Of a stretch of DNA of 64,000 nt, positions 1-11,959 are shown piece after piece; position 1 is the first letter of the stretch, and each line of letters begins with the position of its first letter. The notes below the pieces were generated by a model. That model worked only from the letters and a program-made list of their open reading frames with translations, had not been told where the DNA came from and did no database searches. Source of the stretch: Cycas panzhihuaensis (lineage: Eukaryota > Plantae > Cycadophyta); assembly GCA_023213395.1 (NCBI GenBank), contig CM041465.1, forward strand, positions 189,541,741 through 189,605,740, given 5' to 3'. The position numbers and the translations under genes were made by a program.

Positions 1-2835
1 GAATAGGTATACTAACATATTCTAGGAGCCAAAAGGTTGGCCCCCTAAGAGGGAAATTGAGCATGAAATCTAACTAGTTGTTGATTTACCTTTACCCAAT
101 CTTAGTCTCTATCAAAACTCAATTTTGGAGAATGAAGAGATTAAGAAGTAGATTCAAGAACTCTTAAAGTAAGAAGTAATCAAGCCAAGTTATTCCCCTT
201 GTGGTTCACTTATTATTTTGGTGCAAAAAAAAGATGGAGGATGGAGAATGTGCATTAACTACTAGGCTTTAAACAAGATCACCATAAAGAATAGACATCC
301 CTACCATAGATAGATGACTTGTTAGACCAACTATAGTCTATAAGATATTTCAACAAGTTGGACCTAAATTTAGGTTACCATCAGGTTCAAATCCAGGAGG
401 AGGACACTTGGAAGACAACCTTCAAATTAAAGAAAGGGCCATTCAAATAGTTGGTGATGCCTTTTTAGTTTGTGAAATGCACCCGCCAACTTCATGAGGT
501 TGATGAATGAGGTATTAAGATACTTCATTGATGATTTTGTTATTATTTATCTCGATGATATTCTGATTTTTAGTTTGACTAGGGAGGAGCACCTTTAACA
601 TGTTGAGCAAGTGCTCAAAGTTCCTCAATAGTAGTAGATAAATCTTAACCTAAAGAAGTGCAAGTTTGAAGAGTAATCTCTTGTCTTCTTAGGTTTTGTA
701 GTTGGAGAAGGAGAATTGAAGATTGACCCAACAAAGATTAGAGTCATTCTTATTTGGCCTACACCCAAGAGATCCACAAAGGTAAGAAGTTCTATGGGTG
801 CTTATCAATATTTAAGAAAATTAAATTTTAAATTCTCTCAAATTATAGCACCTCTTCATGCATTAATAGGAGGGTATACAAAGATCCATTGGGTGAATGA
901 ACAAGATAAAGCTTTCAAGCTTTTAAAGTAAAAAGTTTATGAAGTATTAGTGTTAACCGTACTCTCATTGCAAAAACCATTTAAGTTGGAGATTAATGCT
1001 TTAGGTTATGCCATGTCAGCAATGTTGAATCAAGAGGGAAGACCAATTGCATACCATTCAAAGAATTTTAATGGAGTTCTAATAAACTACCTAACTTACG
1101 ATCAGGAGCTCTATGCATTACACCAAGTAGTCAAGTATTAGAGACCTTACTTGTTGGGAAAAGAGGTGGTCATCTACACTGACCATAAGCCTTTATAATT
1201 CTTACAGATAATGTCTAAATTGTAGCAGGCCAAGCACATGAAGTTGATTTCCTATTTGTAGCAGTTCTACATCATGGTCAAATACAAGAAAGGCACATCA
1301 AACAAAATTGCAGACTTGTTGTCTAGACCTCTTTAATAGTAAGGTATTTCTAGCTCATTAGTAGCTATAAAATTTCAACCTTTTTACCACGATGAATATG
1401 TTGATTTGTGTATGGAAGATGAGGCATTCAAGCCTACATTAGAGTAGCTACAATAAGAAAAAAATAGTTGCTAATTTTTAGCTAAAAGATAGTCTACTTT
1501 TCAAGTATGAAAAGCTTTATATTCTAAAGCATGTAGACTGAATGAAGTAGGTAGGAGAAGCTCACATCTCTCGAGTTGTAAGACACTTTAAAGTAGGAAA
1601 ATCATTGCTAAATTTTTAGTGATATATGTATTGGCCTAATATGCAGGAGGATGTGACTATAGTAGTACGAGGATATATATTATATAGCATATTAAAGCTA
1701 ATTAATAAGAAGTTTAGATTATACACTCCACTTCATGTTCCATCATGACCATGGGAGAGTATCTTCATAAATTTCCTCAGAGAAATACCATAGAGCAAAA
1801 ATGGTATGGATTATTTGTTTGTAGTTGTTAAATAATTTAGTAAAATAGTGGTGTTGATTCCCTGTAAGAAGATACATACAACTAAAGACATAAATATATT
1901 ATTCTTCTAGCATGTTTAGAAGTAATTTGGGCTTCCCAACTCTATTATTTCTAATTGAGACAACATATTTTAAAGCTATTTTTGGTATACTCTTTAGAGA
2001 ATGATGGATACAGACTTGAAGATAAGCATGGCCTTTTATCCTCAAATAGATGGCCAAACTGAAGTTGTTAATAGGACATTGGCGTAGCTATTTTGGGGAT
2101 ACAATGCTAAGTATCCTAAGACTTATGATGAAAGTATCCTATACCTACAATTTACCTTTAATAAAGCTATCCATAGCTAGACTCAGAAATCACCATTCAA
2201 GGTATGTTTAGGATTTCTACCTGTAGGTCCATTTGATTTAGAATTTTTAGGTCAATTTTCTATAGGAAATGGAAAGGAAGAAGAAGGACAAGAGAAGGCA
2301 TAAAGATTCTTAGAAAGAATTAAAAAAATATATCAACAGGTTGAGGAGCAGCTTTAAAAATCTTAGTAGAGATATAGACAAAGGCATGATGTACATAGAA
2401 CTAGTCATTCCTTTAAGGAAGGAGATCGAGTTTGGTTGCATCTCATTAAGATAAGATTGAGGCAAAATGTTGAAGCGTATATGTTATGGTCCCTTTACAA
2501 TATTGAAAAAGATTAGGGAAATTGCTTTCTAAATTGAACTTCTAGAATTTATGAAGATGTATTTAGTTGTGAATGTTGAGAATCTGAAGATGTTTGAGAG
2601 ATTCATATTGAATGAAGATGAAGAGGAAGTTCCACTCTTACCAAATCTAGAGGAGTTATAAGTGGAGAAAGAAGAACCAATGTAAAATGATTGCATTCTT
2701 CAAAAGAAGTGGACAATAACCATAAGAGGCACAATTGAGTCCTTCAAGATTATATAGAAAGGATAAGTGTCCAATAAAGCAAAATAGTATAGTAGGGAGA
2801 AGGGAAGAATCAAATTCTCTCATTTACAATTATAA
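1..2835 (+). pseudogene. gypsy pol (RT-RNase H-integrase-chromodomain), many stops and frameshifts
   Basis: Motifs [55 protein letters not shown] and GPF; ORF fragments at 716-931 and 950-1141. Confidence 0.9.
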
Positions 2836-2873
2836 GGTTCATGAGGCCATAAACTCCTAAAAATGAGGAGTTA

Positions 2874-3918
2874 TGATCTGATTTTAGATTTATTAAATCC
2901 ATGTTACTCTTTAAAATAAGTATAAAAACCTTTGGATGAAACATGTTCATATGTCCAATCTTCAGTAGATAGAAAAATGTAATTTAGACTCCAAAAATAT
3001 AAAAGAAATATATGTTGGTACGACCATGCTTTATCAGGGTCTAACAAAAAAATCCATAGATATGACCAAGAGTTTATAGGTACAACCAAACTATAGCTAG
3101 GTGCAACCAAATCATAGCTAAGTATGACCAAACAACAACCGGGTGTGGCCAAACAATGATCATATGGTATAAAAGTGATCGAATGATAACATAAATCATC
3201 TAAAAAATCATACACCTATCAACGAGTTCAAAAAATGGTTTTATTAACTAACTTTCACCAGTTATAAACTAAAGAAAATGAATATTTAAAAAGGGATACA
3301 TGAAAGGCAAGCATGAAACAAATGAAGGAAGAGTGTAGAAGAATAAAAGGTGTTGGCCCAGATCTATTCGTAGGGAAGAGAGGAGCCCCCAATAGTCTTA
3401 GATACAATAAGAGAGGAAATGTTATTTGGAAAATAATTTTAGTTAGTGTCCTAAAATGAGAAAATCTCTAAAATGTAAATGGTGTAGAAATGAAAGCACG
3501 AAAATAGAATGGATAGGGAAGGAGAATATAAAAGGAGCCTAGATATTTTCCTTAGGCACGAGAGGAGTTTGAAAGGTTCAAGCATGGTGTGGAAAAAACA
3601 AAGACAATAGTAGAAGTCCAGTGAAGACACCCCAAGTCAGACGGTATCTTAAAAGAGACTTGCAATTGAAAGAGAGGATAAATCCTCACTTCTTGAAAAT
3701 TAGAAAATATTTTAGACAAGATGCAACAATCTAGTTCATGCCCACGACACTTTTCTTCATTCTAGATTGTTGTAGCATCCCCAAAGAATGCTCTATAAAG
3801 CACTTAATATGCAAAATTTTATAAGAACATTTCAGATAAAAATGTAATATATTATATATTGATTTTAGGCTTGTTTCAATTGGATAAAGTCTTTACTTTC
3901 TCATTCAAATTTAGATCA
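2874..3918 (+). repeat. 3' LTR of the first gypsy element (about 1045 bp), with about 21-bp tandem repeats at about 3019-3170
   Basis: Starts TGATCTGATTT directly after the PPT and ends AAATTTAGATCA (imperfect terminal inverted repeat). The partner LTR is not in the window. Confidence 0.65.
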
Positions 3919-3936
3919 TTAAATTACATATTTGAG

Positions 3937-4097
3937 ATAGAGTGGAGTGAGTCCATATATCCTTAATAGTGGAGCAAGTCCACATATCTTTAATAGTGAA
4001 GTGAGTCCATATATCTAGTAATAGTGGAGTGACTCTTAAAATTCTTACAATGGAGTGAGTCCATATTCCCTTTAATAATGGAGAAAGTCTACATCTT
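3937..4097. repeat. About 27-bp minisatellite (AATAGTGGAGTGAGTCCATATATCCTT), about 6 copies, plus one at about 4283
   Basis: Directly visible tandem units. Confidence 0.85.
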
Positions 4098-4608
4098 ATT
4101 CATGATTAGATGTATGGTATGAGACATAAAGTTATATAATATGATACTCCATTAAGATTATTTTCATAGAGAGATATATGAGGCATGGTATTTCTTAACT
4201 TTATCATGATGAATATAATATATATTGTAGTATTTAATGTGTTACAATTATTACAACTATAGGAGAAAGATTATAATAGAAAGTGAGTGGAGTAAGTCCA
4301 TAGTTCTCAGTAGGTTGGCATGAATTTACATTACCTTTAAGGGTAGGATGATTCCATATTACCTTTGAAAGTTTGTAATAATAAATGGATTATTTCAATA
4401 GTGAGCTATATGAGGCATGGTATTTCTAGTTTTATCTTGATGGATGGGAAAAATATGTAAGAAAATGAAAGCATGCACTAGTGAATGAACTCTATAGTAA
4501 TAAACTAAGAAGATTTGGGTTGTATGAGGATTCTTTTGGTTATTTTTATGTGCATGGGTTGAGCTTGGATCTCTAAACCTTATTGTAAAGGAAAAAGCTA
4601 TAACAAAC

Positions 4609-4861
4609 TATAAGATATCATGAGAAAAATACATATGAGATAAGGTAAGAGTAAGAGGAGTTAAATAGATTTAACATATGGTAGTATTGATGAATACCAG
4701 GGTCTTCAAATCCTATGAATAAATAGGTAAGACTAAAAGTATATTAACACACAACTCAAGTTCCACTATTTCCTAGCATTGACAAATTTTAGAAAAAATA
4801 TCACTCTGATCTAATAGGTAAATATATAAGATATAGTCCTATTGTGAGTATTTTCCTAAAA
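4609..4861 (-). repeat. 3' LTR of element A
   Basis: Aligns colinearly with 11282-11532; adjoins the PPT. Confidence 0.88.
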
Positions 4862-4889
4862 TTTCTCCTCCATAATGCCCATTTAGGAA

Positions 4890-7800
4890 AACTCCAAGTT
4901 TATCTTTGAATTTTAATTTGTTGAGTGCCTTTTTGAAGATATTTACCACCTAATCCTTTGTGTTGTAATATACTAACTCTAACTCACCTCATTACATTAG
5001 CTCTTTGATAAAGTGATGTTGTATTTCTATGTGCTTAGTCCTATCATGAAACACGAGATTCCCAATAATCTAAATTACACTTTAGTTATTATAAAATAGT
5101 TGTGTGGGACTAATTAATTTCTTCTATAAATCTTGAAGTAATCTTTTAAACCAAACTATCTTATAAGCTCCTACTATAATGACTTTGTATTATGCCTCTA
5201 TTGTATAAAGAGATATTGTTGCTTAATTCTTTGAACTCTAAGCTACTATTGATAAACTCAAACTAAATATATAATCTAAGGTAGACTCATATCATCTATA
5301 AAACCTACCTAGTATGAGTATATATAACTAATCAACTTGTAATCTCTTAATGACCTATAATAGAATCCATACCCAATGGTACCTCTAAGATACTTAAGAA
5401 TTCTTTTGGCTACTTGCCAATGCTTTACCTCATGATCATATGTAAACTTGGAAACTATGTTGATTACATACATAATATCAAGTTGAGTTGAAGTCAAGTA
5501 AACAGAGCTCCCAATCAACTACCTATAAAGTGTAGGGTTAGTTCAATTTATTAAATTTAATTTTATAAAGCACGTTGATGAAGATATCTGCCACCTAATC
5601 CTCTATATTATAATAGATCAACTCTAACTCATCTTTTTTGCACTAACTCTCTGATGAAGTAATGTTGCATTTCTATGTTCTTAATCCTACCATTAAACAC
5701 TATATTTTTAGCCATCTAAATTAGTCTTTATTTATTACAAAATAGTTATATGTGACTATTCTATTCCCTCTATAAATCTTAAAGCAATCTCCACAACCAA
5801 ACTATCTCAAAAGCTCATATTACAACTACCTTGTAATCATCTTCTATAGTAGAAAGAGAGTGTTGCCTATTTTTTTGAATTCCATATTACTATTATTGAA
5901 CTTAAATTGAATGTATAATCTAATGTAAACTCCTGATCATCTTCATAACCCTACCCAGTTAAGTCTGTATAACTAATCAACTTGTAATCTCTTGATGACT
6001 TGTAATGTAATCCATACCTAATGACACCTGTAATTAAGATTTTTTTTGGCTTCTAACCAATGCTTTATCTTAGGCTCATGTGTAAACTTAGAAATTATAT
6101 TGATTACATACATAATATCTAGTTGAGTTAAAGTCAAGTAAATAGGTCTCCTAATTAACTACCTATAAAGTATAGGGTCAGATGATTCAAACTCCTCAAA
6201 CTTAGACAAGTTCAACCTAACTTCTACTAGTGTTGTAAGTGACTTGTAATTAACCATAATAAATTTATGTAATATATCTAATGTGTATTTTCTTTGTGAC
6301 ACAAATATCCCCTTTTCATCTTGCCATTATTCAATACTTAAGAAATAATGCATAAGCCCTAAATATATCATTTCAAACTCTATGCACATATCTTCCTTAA
6401 AATTTTTAGATAAATAATCCTAATTCCTAATATATGCTAGGTCATCTTAATATAAACCCATAATTACTATTAAGCTTCATTCTATCTTTACTTATAAGTT
6501 GGGACATGATTGACTCCTTGAGAATCCTTTATCATTAAAGTATTTATCAATCCTAGAGTACCATACTCTAAGTACTTATTTGCGTCCATAAAAGTCCTTT
6601 TTGAATCTATAGGCCTTGTCTTCCTTACCCTTTACTTTAAAACCCTTATGTTGTTAGACGTATATCTCCCTATTCATATAATCATTTAAGAAGGCACTCT
6701 CTTAGTCCGTCTAATAAATTGTCTAACCTTATTATACAAGTAAGACCATGATTAATATTATTATTTTTAACCTTACAATTGGTGTAAATATTTATTTATA
6801 GTCTATACCTTCAACTTGAGCATAGTGTTTTGTAACTAGTCATGCCTAGTACTTATCAATTAAACCATCTAACTTGTACTTGGTCTTATAGATGTATTTT
6901 GTCCTAATGGCATTTTCCTTGGTGGCAAATCAACTAATTCTCTAGTATCATTCTTCACGAAGGTATTATACTCCTCTTTTATTACTTCTTTTTATTCGTC
7001 TTAACTATTTATGTTTTAAAATTTTTGAGGCTTACTTGACTCCATAACTTGAGTTATTAGTGTAAAGTTTAACCTTTGATATCTTGTTATTCTTCTCTTA
7101 AAGTTTGTATTTAAAATACTTTGAGGGGTATGACCCTTTTGCATATATTTTAAAACCTTTTGATTTGAAATAAATGGACCTACTCCACTTGTATAAGGTA
7201 CATTTGTACCATTTTAGTTAGGTTCTATATCAACTATAATAGTTTTACTTTTATCTTTTTCAATAACTTCTTCTTGATAGAATTCATCTTCATTAAAGAT
7301 GACACTCTTAGTCATGATGATTCTTTTACCCTTAATATCACATAATTTATAGGATCTAAATGTATTCTTACATCTTCTAAACATATATTTAGCGATTTTA
7401 TCATTTAACTTTATCCTTTTCTATCTTGGAACATGTGCATATGTTATGCACCAAAAAACTCTTAAGTCTTTGATACTTGGCTTGTAACTTACCTAAACCT
7501 TTTTAGGTGTAACCCATATTGCTACCTTTTTTGTATATTTATTTAAAAAGTAAATAATTGTATGAATATCTTTTGACCAAATCTCATTGTTAAGATGCTT
7601 ATCCTTAAGCATGTCCCTTGCCATCTTAATAATAGTCTTGTTTTTGCTTTCTACAACCCTATTTTATTGAAAGGTATAAGGATTAGTAAGTTGCTTCTTA
7701 TCATATAGTACCTGCAATGGTCCTTCAATTTATTTGAAATGAATTCCTCCTCATTATCTAATCTAAGAATCAATATTTTATGGCCACTTTACTTTTCAAT

Positions 7801-9450
7801 CATCACTTTACAACCAATAAAGCATTGAAATACATCTAATTTAAACTTAAGAAAATAAACTCAAGTCATTATTGTAAAGTCATCAATAAAAGTTATGAAG
7901 TACTTAACACCTCTAAGAGATGTTGCATCTATTACTCCATATAAATCTATGTATACTAACTATAGTGGTCCATTTATACTATAGTTATTATTTATGAATT
8001 CTTCCCTTCATTGTTTGCTTAGCATACATCCTTCTAGAACATGTTTTCCATGTTCAATATTGGGTAAACCAATCCCCATTTATATTTTCTTCATCAATGC
8101 TAAGTTGTTATAGTTTACATGGCTAAACCTTTTATGCCATATCTTAATATCCGTATCAATTGATACCTTCAAGGCATAGTAGTTATGTGGGGGTATGACT
8201 ACCTTAAATAATATATTATTTATTATTTGACTAATTGATAACAAGTCTATTTTTAGTGTAGGGATATGAAATACATCATTGATGTACTTAGTATCCAAAA
8301 TCTCTTAGATAGTTGCATTCCCTTGACCTATTAAAACTTGAATAATATTATTACCAAATATGATTATTCTTATTTGAGTATTGTTTAACTCTTTAAACCA
8401 TTATTTTCTATGAGTTATATAAGTAGAATGACTTAGATGAATATACTGACTCTTCTCTTTTTTATTAGCCATTAAACTAAATAAGAAAAGTCTTTTATCA
8501 TCCCTTGGTTCTTCAAGTATTGTATGTGTTACTTATGTTGGATGTTTTTGTAAAATAACTATTTCCTAAGTGTCCTTTTCTATAGAAATAAGAATATTGT
8601 ATCATTCCTCTTTCTTGAGGTCCAAAACCATATCCTTCTCTTTGATTAAATTGACCTTGATTTCCATATACTTATCCTTGATAGAATTATCTTTATCCTT
8701 AATGGAAATGACCTTGTCCTTGATTAAATTTACCTCAGTAAAATTATCCTTAGATTATAAAGTTTTGATCCCTTTCTTTAAGAGATTGGCCTCTACTACT
8801 AAAACGTTGGCCTTTATAAGATGGTCTAATCTTTGCCTTAGTGGCAAATACATATTCTAAGAACTTACTACCATCTTTCATCTTTTCAACATTTAATAAG
8901 ATGGCACTAAGTCGATCAACCCTAAGTATTATAAGGTCTTTAGAGATTTCAATACTTATGGATACCATTGCAATTCTCTTAATATTACTAACACTTCTTA
9001 AAATCTTTTCTACCACCCTCTGTTTGCTAATAACTTCTACTAAGGCCCTTGCTTGAATGGTTAGGCCTTGTACCTTAGTTATAAAATCATTTATCCCTTT
9101 ATTATTCTTTATTTTATAATTTTCAAATCTAGTATTTAGTGTTTAAAGTTTTGATATAGTATCCCCTTCATAGGTGGTCTTTAAATCATCCCATACCTCC
9201 TTTGATATAGTCACCTTAGTTACTCTTAAGAAGATATGGTCCTCTAAACTATAAAAGATGAATGCCAAAGTTTTATTGTCTCCCATTTTATTCTCCTTAA
9301 AAGTCTTCTCCTAATCAATGAGAAGATCAAGTGTACCATATCTATTTTTCATTAAATTATGTATGTCTTTTGATATAAGGAGTGACTTTATTCTATGATT
9401 CTAATTTTATAAATTAGCACCATAAAAATTAGGTACTATTATATTGCTTA
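4890..9450 (-). pseudogene. copia gag-pol of element A
   Basis: ORF fragments: IWHKRFSHVN (GAG-pre-integrase), VEKILRSV (gag), HWQVAKRILKYLRGT (RT C-terminus); RNase H motifs KHIEIQHHFI and VADIF. Confidence 0.9.
4900..6181 (-). repeat. Internal tandem duplication (period about 640-645 bp) of the RT C-terminus plus RNase H in element A
   Basis: About 4900-5541 and about 5545-6181 align colinearly, e.g. TGATTACATACATAATATC at 5461 and 6101, and GAAGATAT at 4935 and 5580. Confidence 0.9.
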
Positions 9451-11281
9451 TGCTAGAAGTTATAATAAAGTAGAACTAGCTTGAAAGATAATTTACTTTG
9501 AAAGTAAAACAATGTTTTGATAAAGGATACATACACTAAAGAAGGGTAATAAAGGACACTTAAACAATAGCCAAATTACCCTTGTTCAAATTTAAAAAAT
9601 CCATAAGTGTCTTAATTAGGACTCATCCTCCTCTAAGATAAAGATTTTTATATAATTATAAAATGAAGTTTATGCAAAGCTTATTTGTAGGATCAACTCA
9701 TAAGAAGTTCCCAAATTTTCATGAACTTTGAATATTAAAATAGTACACCAAATATTTTGAAATATATCTAAATAACCATTTATTTTGTAGAGAACTAAAA
9801 TACAAATATAACTCTTCAAATGACATATAAACTTGATACCTTATAGAAAAGTTATATTTTAAATTATATAAGGAGACTAATTTTAATAAAAGGCTCTTAG
9901 TGTATAAATTGTTATAAAAATTTCACATCACATTTGACTTATTAAATAGACTACTAAATGTAAACCTACTATAGGTGTGTAGGCACTCATTTCATTCAGG
10001 TAAAAGTATTGATCACTCTAAAGTTGATAAATCTAAAAATAGACCCACATGTAATAATTATGCATGTTAAAGTAGAATCAAGTACTTAAAATAATGCATG
10101 GTCCTTAAAATTGTAGTTAAGCCATTTTTAAACTTAATTTTTGGTCACTTTCCTCCATAATATGACATGTAACTTAGTGACAAAGGGGTTGCCTTGCTTC
10201 AAAATTTAACTAAATATGAAAACAAGTTTCTTCTTTTTAATATAAAAAATAATAAATACCCAAAGAACGTTTACCCAATATTTTAGCTTATATCCAAACT
10301 TGCTTTCAATAGATTCAATCATAAATATAGGTTTTGTGTGTTTTGATCTATTTATCTTCTCTTCCTAATAGTTATTTACACCACCTAATGATTACTTGCT
10401 CCACATAAATATGCACCATGTAATGGATTACTACTGAGACTCAACCCTCCAAACATAAGTTTATGGCTTTCACTAGAATCTTCTAAGTTAGCACTTACGT
10501 ATATAATTAGGAGGAGTGCCACCCTCTAAGTAATTAACAAAAGATTTTGATTGGGAGAATGTCAAGCAATATTGATCAAGAGAATGTTGAGTGGGAAATG
10601 GCTCATCACAGTCTAATAGGTCAAGAGTAATATTATACTTGATGTGGTAAATAGTATAAATACATACCACATACCATATAATAAATACAATGCATGCTAA
10701 CTCAACTCAAAGATAGAATACTCATGCTTGATACATGAAAATTCAATTTGATTAGAATCTAAAATATAAGATGTATGTAAACTTAACACGATAAGAATCT
10801 AGAAGAGGGGATAATTATACCTCCAAAAACACCCAAGAATACAACTATGTAACTAGTATTAACTCATAAGCATGCTCAAACTGAGAGTGAACTACCTTAC
10901 ATAGAAACACGCCTTACAGAAACTATTATAAATAGATGACAATATAGGTGGGATTGGGTAGGAGACCTAGTAGCTAGATGTAAGTAAGCAAAGATATGTG
11001 AAGTGACAACACAAGATGTAAATATTGGACATTAATACATACCACGAAAACAAGTCAAGTAATTTATGAAATACTTTAAAAAATAGGCACATATGTATGG
11101 TATAAATGCTTATCCAGATACAAACATTTATGTCAATAGACTTGTATACACCCTTACTAATAAATATAATATTAATACATACCAAAATCTTCAACTATAG
11201 ATAAATATAGGAATTTGAAGATAGATCAAATATGTAAATGGGTAGGAGGTTGAAGCGGAGCAATATTCCTCTAATACTAAA

Positions 11282-11532
11282 TGTGCAGTATCATGAGCAA
11301 AATGTAAATGAGACAAGGTAATATCAAGAGGTCAAATAGAGTTGATACATGGGTGGTGTTGATAAACACTAGTGTCTTATAACCTATGAATAAATAGGTA
11401 GGACTAAGAGTGCATTGACACACCACTTAAGGTCCACCATTGCCTAGGATTAACATATGCTGAAAAGAATGTCATCATAATCTGACATGTAAAGATATGA
11501 GATATAGCCCCAATATGGGCATTATCCTAACA
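11282..11532 (-). repeat. 5' LTR of element A
   Basis: TG...CA termini; adjoins the degenerate PBS; followed by TSD CAAAC. Confidence 0.88.
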
Positions 11533-11602
11533 CAAACTTATAAAAAGCTAAAATTAAAAATGTAGTAGAAAATGCCGTTAAGGCATCTTATTAATAGAAT
11601 AG

Positions 11603-11949
11603 TAGACTATTTGTTCTTAGAAATTTAAACTTGTAGATGTAGATCAATAGAAGTGAAGCCAAATTAACACAAGTACACAAATAAATCACAAATAATAATT
11701 TACCAAAAGGAGTACTAAAGTACTTTCTCTTTAAGATAACAATACTCGAAAACCATTACAAGTGATATTCATCTCTTTAAATATACAAGAAAGGGTCTTC
11801 TTCCTTATGATTCTATTGGTGGCCCTAGCAGCCTTATATCTTATTGGATGGCTTAGCGGTCCATGCACAAATCTTAATAAGTTCCTTAATCCTTAACTTG
11901 TTAATGGCTTCTGCTCACTAATGCTAAGAAAATGTGGGGTTATATTGTA
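11603..11949 (-). repeat. 3' LTR of element B
   Basis: Aligns with 25777-26041; adjoins the PPT. Confidence 0.9.
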
Positions 11950-11959
11950 GGTCCCCCCC

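Larger units (their letters stand above)
1..3918 (+). mobile_element. Ty3/gypsy LTR retrotransposon (chromovirus type), 3' part; 5' end lies outside the window
   Basis: Decayed RT (YLDD at 548-559), RNase H and integrase in gypsy order, then a chromodomain-like tail. Purine tract at 2859-2873 is followed by an LTR bounded by TGATCT...AGATCA. Confidence 0.9.
4609..11532 (-). mobile_element. Ty1/copia element A, full-length but heavily decayed
   Basis: LTRs at 4609-4861 and 11282-11532; TSD CAAAC (4604-4608 and 11533-11537); degenerate tRNA-iMet PBS at about 11268-11279; PPT at 4862-4871; gag-PR-INT-RT-RH order on the minus strand. Confidence 0.92.

Noticed and set aside
3937-4097. CRISPR-like look of the AGTGGAGTGAGTCC repeats
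   Set aside because: Units are contiguous and mutually similar, with no unique spacers and no cas genes, in a eukaryotic transposon context. It is a minisatellite.
10770-11200. Possible solo LTR inside the leader of element A
   Set aside because: Composition is LTR-like, but I could not find matching TG...CA ends with a TSD or a second copy.
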